The notes under the pieces are model-generated. The model was not told the origin of the DNA. It did no database searches and saw only the letters and a list, made by a program, of their open reading frames with translations. The position numbers and the translations under genes were made by a program. DNA of 63,420 nt, the filler included, from Trichomonas gallinae (lineage: Eukaryota), in assembly GCA_008369845.1 (NCBI GenBank). It is 4 parts of 4 records of this genome, joined end to end, with 100 filler letters (N's around TTAATTAATTAA, not from the genome) between each part and the next. Parts side by side here need not be neighbours in the genome. Positions count along the whole stretch, not along the records: positions 1 to 25,435 come from MRSU01000977.1; positions 25,536 to 46,651 come from MRSU01000984.1; 2 more parts are not named here. One strand, given 5' to 3'. Positions 21,570 through 31,636 of this stretch are shown in pieces (position 1 is the first letter of the stretch; each line of letters starts with the position of its first letter).

Positions 21570-21630
21570 TATGTTCCTAGACTTGATAAAAATTCATGAA
21601 TACTAATACAGCTTTGATTTATGCTTCAGA
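21570..21630 (+). pseudogene. Tiny ankyrin-repeat relic
   Basis: GTTCCT...AATACAGCTTTGATTTATGCTTCA encodes VP...NTALIYAS, a close nucleotide match to the repeats at 15486 and 15687. Confidence 0.5.
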
Positions 21631-21820
21631 TTAAAAATTTAAAAATTATAAAGCAAAATAATAGATTGGTTTAGTAGATATGCTTAGTTTTTATATAAAT
21701 AATATATCAATATTATAGATATGGCTAATATAAACATGACTCATTATTAAAATCCAATCATAGATCTTGGCAATGTTGATAAAGTAATTTGTTTGCTGTG
21801 CTTTCTGCGGGTAAATAAAA

Positions 21821-22130
21821 CTAATTTCTTTTTTCTTTCAAGTCGCAATATTCAAATTTTATGATAAGCAATAGCTGGATTTGGCTATGTGTAACAGTTT
21901 TGGGGAGGTAATATTCTGTTTCTGTAATGCAACTGGGATAGAAATATAATATCGTCATTTCTTTAGAATAAAGTATTCCATTCACTGCAGTGAAATTTTT
22001 TGGCTTCAGGGACAATAATTTCTCGAATTGAAGGAATATCATCGAATAGTTTTTCCCAGTCAATGCCAGTTAATGAAGCAGGTAGTTTCACATCAAGTAG
22101 GCTTGTTTTTTTTACAAAACAAATGTTTGG
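21821..22130 (-). pseudogene. BspA-like (TpLRR) surface protein fragment
   Basis: NFTAVNGILYSKEMTILYFYPSCITETEYYLPKTVTH matches the BspA NY.S.DGVLYSKD.T.L..YP....Y.IP.TV motif. An out-of-frame LPASLTGI lies upstream; frameshifted. Confidence 0.75.
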
Positions 22131-22299
22131 AACTTTAAATCGTTGATTGCTTATCTTAGCTGAGAATTCATTATTATTGAAGTAGAAACAACTGATATCG
22201 ATTTTATAACATTTGGGTTGATTTTTGTATCAATATTACAGAATTTTAACATAATTATAAATCCCAATATTTATTTCGTTAAATTGTTTATGTATAATT

Positions 22300-22510
22300 T
22301 ACCAAATAAATCAACAAGAATTATCCATTCCAGTTTCATATTTGTTGCAATAATCAGTGCAGTCAACCCATGTTGAATTTTTATTTCAACATCAGCACTT
22401 AACTCAATACTTTTATAAAATGGACTCAACTCTATTGCTACAAGCTGCAATAACGAATGCATTTACTCCTTTATTTGTTGCTTCTAAATTTGCACCTAGT
22501 TTCACTGCGT
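22300..22510 (-). pseudogene. Ankyrin-repeat fragment (GANLEA subtype)
   Basis: KLGANLEATNKGVNAFVIAACSNRVE, then a frameshift, then LSADVEIKIQHGLTALIIAT. Confidence 0.6.
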
Positions 22511-22669
22511 CCAGCTGCAAAAATCAATATATCATATTCGAGTTGATTTTGTAAAACCTTAATATGTGCTCTATTTAGCATTATGAGTCGATATAATGGG
22601 AATAAGTTCAGCTCTTATAAGATTGAAAAATATTTTCTAAATAATTTTTATGACGATCTTTTACTCGAA

Positions 22670-25033
22670 TCAAATGATTAAAGCCATAGCTGTGGTATTC
22701 TCCGCCTTGGCATTTTTGTTCTTAATCCTGATAACGACAACTAAAATGCAAACAGCGATTACCACTATACCGAGGATAGCTCCAACTACTATTAAAGCAA
22801 TTTTACCTTTTGATAAAGGTTTCTTGATATTTTCTTTTGGCTGAGTTTGACCATCATCATTATTATTATTTTTGTCATCATCATTATTATTATTTTTGTC
22901 GTCATCATCATCTTTATTTTTGTCATCATCATCGTCGTTATTTTTGTCATCATCATCTTTATTTTTGTCGTTATCATCGTTGTTGTTATCTTCTATATTT
23001 GGATCGACATCAGGATTTTCAACGATAACTTTTTCTACGACCTTCCCAAATTCTCCAATGTCAATGAAACTAACTTGATCAGAAAGTGTTAATTTGTAAA
23101 ATTTCTTTGTAAACTGTGATACATTCATTCCTGAAATGAATTTGATTGCATCATTTACTGGCCATGTAGCAAATTCAAGGACATGTGCTGAATCGTAAAC
23201 ATAATTTGCATCAATTCCAAGAATAGATATGGCATCTTTGACTGGAACTTTCTTTCCCTTTGATAAATCATCTGCCAGTTGTTTGAATCCATTCACAAAT
23301 GATTTTGCAAGACCATCATGATCTATAACTATTGCATTTGCAACATTGATTAGATTACCGATCTTTATTTCAGCGAGATTCTTAATCGTCTCGAGGATGT
23401 TGCAACCTAATACTTCTTTTCCTTTGAGGGCATTTTCAATGATAGGTGATACAAGTACTTCATTTAGTCTTCTTCCATTAACTGTATTCTCAAATGGACG
23501 ATTCACGAACATGTCAGGTTTGATATTTTTAACAAATCTATTAAAATCAACGTATATCTCACCATATGGGATGCACTTTATAATATCACCCATTCTCGCG
23601 TCTTCACCAATAATATTACTGATGTTTCTTAAAACATTGCTTATAATCTTCTTTGGCCCCTTAAGGAAAGATATGTTAAGCTCCATCAACCCATCGGCTA
23701 CATTTACAAGAGCCTTCTTGATATCCGGCCAATAAGGTTCACCAATGCCGATCTCATAGAGGATTGATTGGAGAAATGCGTCAGAATCAATGAAATTAAA
23801 TGCTGAAATGAATGAATGCAGACTCTCCGAATATTCTGATCCATTAAGGAAGCGTATGATTTCTGTTGTGTCAAACTCGAACAGCAAAAATTCTGGATTA
23901 TTGAAGTTCTTTAGGAATTCGAACACGTGTGCTTTGATCTCAGGTTCAGGAAAGATATCAAGTAAAAATTTGTTGACATCAACATTGTTGGGAAATGATT
24001 TCATGAAATTTTTAATGCGATTAATAAAATCTAGCGGGAGTCCAATAAATCTTTCTATATAAAATCCAAAAAGACTTATTTCTTCTCCAAGTAATGCTTG
24101 AATATGATAGTCCAGCTTGAAGACATCGAATCTGCCTCCTCTAGCGCTAGAGAATTTACGAAGCTCCTCGATGTCAAAGCTTTGGATTTGTTCTTTTTCG
24201 CTTTCGCTAAATTTATCGTCACGAACCATATCATCATAAATTTCGATGACTCCGTCGACAAGTGATTTAGCGTCTTTGCTGGATTTAGGTAGAACTTTGT
24301 TGAGAATGGAAAATCCGAGGAATAGTGTTTTTCGTGCCAAAATTCTGAAGCCTTTCCAGATTCCACTGATTGTTATCATTAAGTCCTTGAATTCGAGTGA
24401 GGCTGCTTCGCTATTAATCTTATCGTCTTTTAAATACGTTTGGATATTTTCGATAAATTTCATAACTAAAGTTGAATTCATCTGAAAATGCTTTGGGATC
24501 TCCTTCAATGGATAGTTTTCATCATTAAAGAAGTGATATCCAAAATCTGCGATTTCGAAAATATATTCTACCGGCAATTCTAGGAAATCTGCATAATTCT
24601 GTAGTGTCTTTGTGAACTTCAATTCTGTAAGATCATTCATGATTTCTTCAGCCTTTTTCTTATCAAAATTTAGTAATTGTGCTGCTCTTGAAATGTAAGG
24701 CGTATAATTTTTAAGTTGTGGAAATGGTAACGAATCGATGTATTCAGGAGGTAATATATCTTTCAATGTTGATTTCCTATCAAATATTTTTGAAACATCG
24801 TGTTTAATATCTTCAATAGATGCTGACACATTCAAATCCTTGATAATTTGAGTGCAAATTGATTGAACCGACTGTGAAGGATTCGCCATTTCTTTATAAG
24901 TATTATAATAATTCCAAATCGGAGTATTTTTGAACAAATCATAAAGGTCAAGACCCTCATGTGTGAAAATGGTGCTTATTTTCTGCAACATTTCCTCTGA
25001 TTTAACAAGTTGGACGGCTAAGAAAACGTTCAT
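22670..25033 (-). CDS. Type I surface membrane protein with D/N/K-rich juxtamembrane repeat
   Basis: Short hydrophobic N-terminus, long helical ectodomain, DDDDKNKDDDDDKNNNN repeats, TM GKIALIVVGAILGIVVIAVCILVVVI, short tail. TCATTT Inr just upstream. Confidence 0.85.
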   Translation of the reverse strand: MNVFLAVQLVKSEEMLQKISTIFTHEGLDLYDLFKNTPIWNYYNTYKEMANPSQSVQSICTQIIKDLNVSASIEDIKHDVSKIFDRKSTLKDILPPEYIDSLPFPQLKNYTPYISRAAQLLNFDKKKAEEIMNDLTELKFTKTLQNYADFLELPVEYIFEIADFGYHFFNDENYPLKEIPKHFQMNSTLVMKFIENIQTYLKDDKINSEAASLEFKDLMITISGIWKGFRILARKTLFLGFSILNKVLPKSSKDAKSLVDGVIEIYDDMVRDDKFSESEKEQIQSFDIEELRKFSSARGGRFDVFKLDYHIQALLGEEISLFGFYIERFIGLPLDFINRIKNFMKSFPNNVDVNKFLLDIFPEPEIKAHVFEFLKNFNNPEFLLFEFDTTEIIRFLNGSEYSESLHSFISAFNFIDSDAFLQSILYEIGIGEPYWPDIKKALVNVADGLMELNISFLKGPKKIISNVLRNISNIIGEDARMGDIIKCIPYGEIYVDFNRFVKNIKPDMFVNRPFENTVNGRRLNEVLVSPIIENALKGKEVLGCNILETIKNLAEIKIGNLINVANAIVIDHDGLAKSFVNGFKQLADDLSKGKKVPVKDAISILGIDANYVYDSAHVLEFATWPVNDAIKFISGMNVSQFTKKFYKLTLSDQVSFIDIGEFGKVVEKVIVENPDVDPNIEDNNNDDNDKNKDDDDKNNDDDDDKNKDDDDDKNNNNDDDKNNNNDDGQTQPKENIKKPLSKGKIALIVVGAILGIVVIAVCILVVVIRIKNKNAKAENTTAMALII
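22851..22990 (-). repeat. Coding (GAT)n/(AAT)n minisatellite
   Basis: Repeated TCATCATC/TTATTATTTTTGTC units encoding Asp/Asn/Lys tracts. Confidence 0.8.
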
Positions 25034-25435
25034 ATGACAAAAATGAAATGAATTGAATATTTTTTTTTTTTTTTTGCAGCTATAACATATTCATTTTTAT
25101 CTGATGAGACATAATATCGTTTCCACAATAGACTGTCACATTTTTTGAATCAACTCTGAATTTAGTTAAATCATATGATATGGCATTCAATATTATATTT
25201 TTAAGATTAAAATCAAACTTCTTTTAAATTTTTAAGCAAATCATTTTAATGTTATTATGAATATACAGCATATTTTTAATAGAACTTTTTTTGATTTTGA
25301 CATTTTTCTCGTTGTTTTCAATTTATTTCTCCAACAAATTACAAAAGAGGCAAGAATTAAGGATGTCGTTTTGGAAGATAATTATGACTTTGGAAGAAAA
25401 AAATGACGAAGTAAGAAGATTTTTTGGAAAATAAA

Positions 25436-25535
25436 NNNNNNNNNNNNNNNNNNNNNNNNNNNNNNNNNNNNNNNNNNNNTTAATTAATTAANNNNNNNNN
25501 NNNNNNNNNNNNNNNNNNNNNNNNNNNNNNNNNNN
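25436..25535. other. Assembly gap with synthetic stop linker
   Basis: 44 N + TTAATTAATTAA + 44 N. Confidence 0.97.
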
Positions 25536-25948
25536 TCGATGACTATCAACAATTCGAAGCAGTGGTTGAGAACAGCAGCGATAACCATGACCGAGGCCGA
25601 AAAAGTGAGCTTTTTTATAACGTACAAACCTCCGGGGGACATTTATTTATTTTGAATAATAATGAATATGATAAGGGTTATAATATATATAGCTGATGTT
25701 GATAGATCCTCTAATACTCTTTTTCAATTTTATCTTAATATGAAAAAATCTTTAAAAAATTAAGAATATTTTGATAATATTTAATCGTAAAAAAAGAAAT
25801 TAAAGATGTGTTGGTTCTATATTTGATGTAAAAACAGCGAAATAATCTTGTGGTGTAAAATTGCTGAAATATGCGATGACAATGGTCTACATGCACCACT
25901 TTTGTTGTTAATCCGTTTTTCTGTTGTTTTTCTTCACATTTTTATTTC

Positions 25949-27820
25949 ATGAATTCACCGATTTTCAGTTCTCCGTTACAATACAAGGAGAACTCACTTC
26001 TGCTAAAAACACAAGATATAGTGATCGAACCTCCATATTGCGATGGAGTTTCAGTCCTATTGTGTCACAAAAAACGACATTTTTTAATATATTTATCGAA
26101 TTATGCGAAAGAAGTGCTTTTTCCTGAAGATTACAGAATAATGTTCCCTAAATCAATGTCAGGACCAGAAAAAATGCAGGCAATCAATAGATTTATTGCA
26201 ATTCAATATAAATTAAAAGCAATTCCGATCTTTACAATAGCATATGCATCATATTTACTTGCATCTGATGAGCGCCCATATCTTAATTACGAAAAAATCG
26301 CAAGGCATATTATAAATTTTATCGAGAAATCAGAAAGTTTAAACTGTTCGATCTTGTCGACAATAATTCCACTTTCTTTTACGAAAGTTGATGTATGCCC
26401 TGATATTTGTATCCGCTTTATTCATACATTAGTTGAACATTTCGGTCCTGACGTAGTTTTCGATTACTGCCTTAAATATATGAAGGAATTGGATTCCTCT
26501 ATAGTTATAGACTTTTTCGCGAATAATATAACTAGTTTTCATCTATCAAATGAACTTAATCAAAAATATGTATCGAATATCGAAATAATTCTCGCAGACA
26601 CTAACTGCCAGAATCCTTACAGCTGGAACAAACTCTATTCTGTATTAACTAAGACTAAAACGGTTTTGCATTTAAAAGCGCCTTTAACGCCAACAACAAA
26701 AAGCAATCAACATCTTCTATCTCAATGGCCTAAGTCTATACTATCTAAGACACCAAATTCAAACAAAAAAGAAAAACATACAACATTCAGATTTGATTCG
26801 AACTCGAAAATCGACATGAGCAGCGATTCAGATGAATATAAGACGCCAAGGAGACTCAATGGACAATATTCGCCTGGTGTTTCTCCAAGCAGCTCAGTTC
26901 CAACTGCTCTTTCCTTCACAACAATTTCATTAACGAATTCTTCGCCGAAAAAGAGTCCAAGGAAGCCCGCAATCAAGCCTACTGCTTCATCGGAAGACAT
27001 TTATGAGTTAATGAGAGCATTAGAAATCAGTCCTTCAGATGATTTGCTTAAAAAATTCAAGAATTATTTAATGTCAGCTTCCAGCATTCCAAATGGACTT
27101 GATGTGAAGCAACTATTCATAGAATCAATGGTAGCATTCAAAAAACCAGAAATGCAGCAAGATATTTATATCTTAGTTTCAAGACTTCACGCTTTAATGA
27201 ATCCACAGGATATGCTTGATGTATACCTCGGAATAAGATCACTGATGTATAGCAAAAGGAAGAAAATCAACATCAGTGATGTTGATATGCATTATCAGAG
27301 CTTTTTAAGACTCCACAGCCAAGAATTAGAAGAAGGATACCCACTAACTCTCGATGAAGTCAATGTTGATGTCCACAACGAATTAATGAATGGATTCGAA
27401 TTATTAACTCAATGGGATACATGCTATGCTGGAATCGTGAAAATATACAACGTCCTGAAGGAAGACCCGACTCTGAATATCATGGATTATTTCGATCCAA
27501 TTGAGCCTGAATTCAAGAGTTTTCTTATTACTGGCTTAGAAAGGTCAGCAACAGAGGACAAATTCGTGGATTTGGAGCCAACGATCGAAGCACTTCAGCA
27601 GAGGATGGAAGAAGGAAATGTTGCGGAATTATTGGAAGAATCAATGGACAGACTGAATGAGAAGATGCTGGATGCAATTGCTAAGACTTCTCCAAGAGGT
27701 GATAAAAAGATGACACCAAAATTCGTTAAAACTCCATCAAATGTTATTATAAGATTTATGTCATCAGAAGATGAAGCTCTTCCTCCAAGAAGCGATGAGT
27801 ACTCTGAGTATGAGGACTAA
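25949..27820 (+). CDS. Protein with XMAP215/CKAP5-like C-terminal domain
   Basis: Helical N-terminus and S/P/T/K-rich linker. ELMNGFELLTQWDTCYAGIVKIYNVLKEDPTLNIMDYFDPIEPEFKSFLITGLER resembles the ch-TOG C-terminal helical motif. Confidence 0.6.
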   Translation: MNSPIFSSPLQYKENSLLLKTQDIVIEPPYCDGVSVLLCHKKRHFLIYLSNYAKEVLFPEDYRIMFPKSMSGPEKMQAINRFIAIQYKLKAIPIFTIAYASYLLASDERPYLNYEKIARHIINFIEKSESLNCSILSTIIPLSFTKVDVCPDICIRFIHTLVEHFGPDVVFDYCLKYMKELDSSIVIDFFANNITSFHLSNELNQKYVSNIEIILADTNCQNPYSWNKLYSVLTKTKTVLHLKAPLTPTTKSNQHLLSQWPKSILSKTPNSNKKEKHTTFRFDSNSKIDMSSDSDEYKTPRRLNGQYSPGVSPSSSVPTALSFTTISLTNSSPKKSPRKPAIKPTASSEDIYELMRALEISPSDDLLKKFKNYLMSASSIPNGLDVKQLFIESMVAFKKPEMQQDIYILVSRLHALMNPQDMLDVYLGIRSLMYSKRKKINISDVDMHYQSFLRLHSQELEEGYPLTLDEVNVDVHNELMNGFELLTQWDTCYAGIVKIYNVLKEDPTLNIMDYFDPIEPEFKSFLITGLERSATEDKFVDLEPTIEALQQRMEEGNVAELLEESMDRLNEKMLDAIAKTSPRGDKKMTPKFVKTPSNVIIRFMSSEDEALPPRSDEYSEYED

Positions 27821-28351
27821 TTTATCGAAATTTTGTTTATGTTAAGATTTTTTCATTTATTAAAATTTATTTGTGAATTTCTTTACTTCTTTTCATATAT
27901 TATCAACACACTATTGATATCTATATTAAATTCTGAGTCTAATAAATCTATTTAAGTAAAATAACAAAATAAAATCGAAATTAGACAAATTAATAATGGA
28001 AAACAAGCCAAGAACACAGTGTAATTAGAATTAAATATACTATAAAATATAATCAAAGATAATTCTAGTGCATTAAAAGCTTTGATTAAGTTTGTACAAA
28101 TCAAAATATAAAAATTTTCAATGATATACTATATATTTTTCTCTATTTTATAATATGATAGATAGAAATAATTTAATAATCAATGTGTAAAATGTGTAGA
28201 AATGTTATTTTACATTTGAAAATAAAATTTGATATGAAAAATATTGACAAATTCTAAATTTAGCAGCGCAAATTGGTCCAATTGGAAGAAATATGAATGT
28301 TTAGCAACTAATTTATTGGAAAAATTAATGTTGTACGTTTAAAAAATTAAA

Positions 28352-29509
28352 ATGAAATCAATGAATTCTTCTAAAATGAAAGGTTTTCAAATGGTGAAGA
28401 AGCTTCGCCTCCTTGAAGATGACGTGCAGGCAGCGAAGACAATGCGTGAAAACTTAATGAACGAAAATGACAGACTTCAAGATCAAATTGATCAAGTTAT
28501 CTTCGAAATGGAAGAATTGCGTGCAACAAGTGATAAACAGCACGAATCTCCAAAGAAACTCGAGCAAGATGCGAAAGAAGCGACATTCTTCGGAAATTTA
28601 AACGAAATGGAAAGGCAAGAGACATGTATTCTTGGTGAGATGGACGAAATTAAAAAGCAACTTGCAGATTTTACACATGAATACGCAGCACAAAAGCAAC
28701 GCCAGAAAAATGTCAAAAATAAATTAGAAATTGCAAAACAAAATTACGAAATTCAGAATGAAATCACGTCAAAGTCTCAATCAGACCTTGATGTCGCCAA
28801 AGAAGAAACACTTAAACTTACAAATCAATTAAATGATTTATATGATTCGTTTTCTATGCTACAAGAAGCAGTTGACAAGAAAGAAGAAGAGTACAAATAC
28901 ACAGATGATACAATTAACAACCGTCTAGAGAAAGAAAAACGCGCACTTCTCGAAGAAAAGAAACAATTATATGATAAACTTGACCAGAAAGAGTCCCAGC
29001 TCAAAAAGACACAAGATAACCATGATAAGAACGTCATACACACTGAGTCAGAGACAAAACAAAGGACATCGGTTGGATCATGGTTGACAGAAAGAAAAAT
29101 TCTCCTCGACAAGATAAAGAAGAAGAGAACTTTACTTTCGAATGAGAAAAACTCTCTGCAAAGGGAGAAAACAATGACAAACAACTTCAACACTCAGTTC
29201 AAGCAGTTGTTCGGTGAATCAGATCCAGATGGAACTGGCCCGCTCGCGAAGTTAGTCGTGATGCAGGAAATCGATTCTATCGAATGCGAAGATCCTGAAC
29301 TTGTCGAGCGCCTGAAGATGGAGAGGGTCTACAATGAGTCGCTAGAGCAGCAATACAAGCTGATAAATAACACGCTCAAAGAGTTGGAGAGGCATAAGAA
29401 CTACACGATGCACGAACTCAACGAAGAAAAGGAAGAATGCATGAGAAAAGGATATCTTACTATGTTGGAAGAAGAACTCAACGTCCTTATTGCTTCCCTC
29501 TCTAATTAG
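28352..29509 (+). CDS. Coiled-coil protein
   Basis: 385-aa E/K/Q/L heptad-rich ORF. Confidence 0.8.
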   Translation: MKSMNSSKMKGFQMVKKLRLLEDDVQAAKTMRENLMNENDRLQDQIDQVIFEMEELRATSDKQHESPKKLEQDAKEATFFGNLNEMERQETCILGEMDEIKKQLADFTHEYAAQKQRQKNVKNKLEIAKQNYEIQNEITSKSQSDLDVAKEETLKLTNQLNDLYDSFSMLQEAVDKKEEEYKYTDDTINNRLEKEKRALLEEKKQLYDKLDQKESQLKKTQDNHDKNVIHTESETKQRTSVGSWLTERKILLDKIKKKRTLLSNEKNSLQREKTMTNNFNTQFKQLFGESDPDGTGPLAKLVVMQEIDSIECEDPELVERLKMERVYNESLEQQYKLINNTLKELERHKNYTMHELNEEKEECMRKGYLTMLEEELNVLIASLSN

Positions 29510-29955
29510 AGAAAATTTATTATCTGTTTTGTAAGAATTAAAAGAATTATATTGTGTATTTTGTGGAAATATGTTGTATTTTTGTCTAAAATACTGTTAT
29601 TAATGGATATTTTTTCATGAATTGCATTAAAATAAAAAGTTATTTGAAATATATAAAGCAAGTGAATGAGACATATATAAATGCGATTGAATTGTGTTTG
29701 AAAGTTGATTAAAGCAGATTCATAAGCTTGTTGTCATTGAAGTAAAATTGAATTTAGATGAAAATGAGCATTATATATTGTATGGATGGAATTAAAATAT
29801 CATAGAAAAATTAAATCCAATATGAATAATAGTTATTTTCGATAAAATTAAAAATTCAAAAACATATTTTTCTGTGAATCAAGTTTTTTAAAATGATAAA
29901 TGCTTTTTGTGTGCCATTATATCATTATATCAAAGAGTTTTGGCCATAATTTTTG

Positions 29956-30648
29956 ATGTTGCAATTGATATCTCTCATCGCTTTTGGAGCTCAAACGAGG
30001 CCGAAGCGAGAACCTGCCTGGGGTGATGAGCTCATGTTCGGAAATTGGACAATTCAGTCGTATGACCTGGAATCCAATGAAAATTTAGGAAAATATAATG
30101 TTCACTTCAAACCACATCCAACTCAAGACGCTCTTATAGGAAATCTAACACAGTTATCGGCTTCAGATGAACCAGTCTTTTATCAGTTGATTTTAAGATT
30201 TAATGGAACAGATCGTGACACATTTAAAGCATACTACATCGAGGATGGCGAAGAAATCCATATTACAGATGTTGCTCTCCAGTTTTCTGAAATTCCGCTC
30301 CATAATGCATTTGGTCAGGTCTTAGGAACAAATTTAACATATTCACTCAACATGTTCTCTTTTCTCAATATAGAAATAACGACATATGATACAAATACGA
30401 ATGAAATTACCGTTTACAAGATGACAAAACCAGATCCGATGCCACCTGGTAAAGATTTTAAGACATCAATATTTGCTATTGCAACAATTGCCTACTTATT
30501 CTTCCGTAAGCGTGATCAGGCCACTGCTGCAGCTTCACAAAATCCAGCAAATGGAGAAAATCAAGTAGGAGAAGCTAAGAACGATGGTAATGAAGTCCAA
30601 GATCAACCACAACCGAAAAAGAAAGGAAAAGGAAAGAAAAACAAATAA
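29956..30648 (+). CDS. Signal-peptide, single-TM protein with basic tail
   Basis: MLQLISLIAFGA signal, beta-rich lumenal domain, short TM SIFAIATIAYLFF, K-rich tail ending KKNK. First ATG 29956. Confidence 0.75.
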   Translation: MLQLISLIAFGAQTRPKREPAWGDELMFGNWTIQSYDLESNENLGKYNVHFKPHPTQDALIGNLTQLSASDEPVFYQLILRFNGTDRDTFKAYYIEDGEEIHITDVALQFSEIPLHNAFGQVLGTNLTYSLNMFSFLNIEITTYDTNTNEITVYKMTKPDPMPPGKDFKTSIFAIATIAYLFFRKRDQATAAASQNPANGENQVGEAKNDGNEVQDQPQPKKKGKGKKNK

Positions 30649-31526
30649 ATATAATCAAAAACGAAATTAATGAGTTATATTCAAAATATTATATCAAATC
30701 AGCATTACCTTTAACATACATGCTTTTGTTATGAAATAAAGTCAATTCTAAACACAATTTTATTTTGTTTTTCTTTGATTCTATTTTTGAGAACTAATTG
30801 CTGATACCTTTAAACTATGACTCCTTCTGTGAATGTAATCATTAATTTAAGAATTAAGGAAGAAAAATCATCAGGATTTTGTAAATTGAAAGCGCTTTAT
30901 AGTAATTTTATTAAATATTTAGAATTATATATAATTATAGCAGCTAATTAATTAAATATTTCTTCAAAATAATGGCTTTCTGGAATTCAAATTCGAAAAT
31001 ATTTAAATAATTAGAAAAAAATAATGGCATAAATTCTCCAACATAAATCATGAAATTAAGAGCATGTTTATTAAGATCATGGGCAATTCATGTATTGATC
31101 TAGTTCTTTCTCATTCGATTGTTTTTAATTTTGACTGGATAGTATAAATTTTTGACTCCATTTTTATGAGTCAAAAGTATGATATATCATAATAGATTCT
31201 ATAACAGCATATATGGTCGAATAATAACATGATATGAATGATGCATATTTTAATCAGCAGATAAAATCATTTCTTATTACTAAAACATCTAATTCTCTTC
31301 TAATAATATACTTATAATGAATGTTTTATATAATAATATAGAACATTTATTGTTGGAAAATGCATCTATAATGAAATATTAAAGGCCAAAGTTGTCCGAG
31401 TGGAAAAAACGTAATAACCTTATTTTCAATACAATAAAATTCATCAAATTTAATGCATTATTTGAACAAAACAAGAGAATGTCATTAAAATGCAAAAAAA
31501 GTCAATAATCAAGAAAACCCAATAAT

Positions 31527-31624
31527 CGATGCTTTCCCTGAGGGAAGACGGGAGACAGCGTCTCCTACCCTTCCTACAGGACCTGGGCAGGTCACATTTG
31601 GGTTCTCTTGTGAGAGGTGATCCT
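31527..31624 (+). ncRNA. Candidate structured RNA (GC-rich three-hairpin block)
   Basis: Long stem CCTG.GGGAAG...GGGAGAC/GTCTCCT...CTTCCT.CAGG, hairpin GACCTG/CAGGTC, single-stranded ACATTTG, terminal hairpin GGGTT-CTCT/AGAG-GATCC. GC content is far above the flanks. Strand uncertain. Confidence 0.4.
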
Positions 31625-31636
31625 AATTCATTATAT

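Noticed and set aside
25480..25491. Palindromic TTAATTAATTAA inside N runs (also 46696 and 60680)
   Set aside because: Identical 44N-12-44N layout three times; a synthetic six-frame stop linker added during scaffolding, not biology.
30780..31400. Possible BspA or beta-helix crumbs (ITFTEGV on -, TFIVGKCIYNEI on +); similar coding-like traces at 5000-5430 and 13180-13325
   Set aside because: Too short and degraded to assign by eye; BLASTX is needed.
31560..31600. SRP RNA helix-8 resemblance on the minus strand (CAGGTCC-TGTA-GGAAG)
   Set aside because: Lacks the GNRA tetraloop and the AGCA half of the symmetric loop, and a competing longer hairpin uses the same bases.
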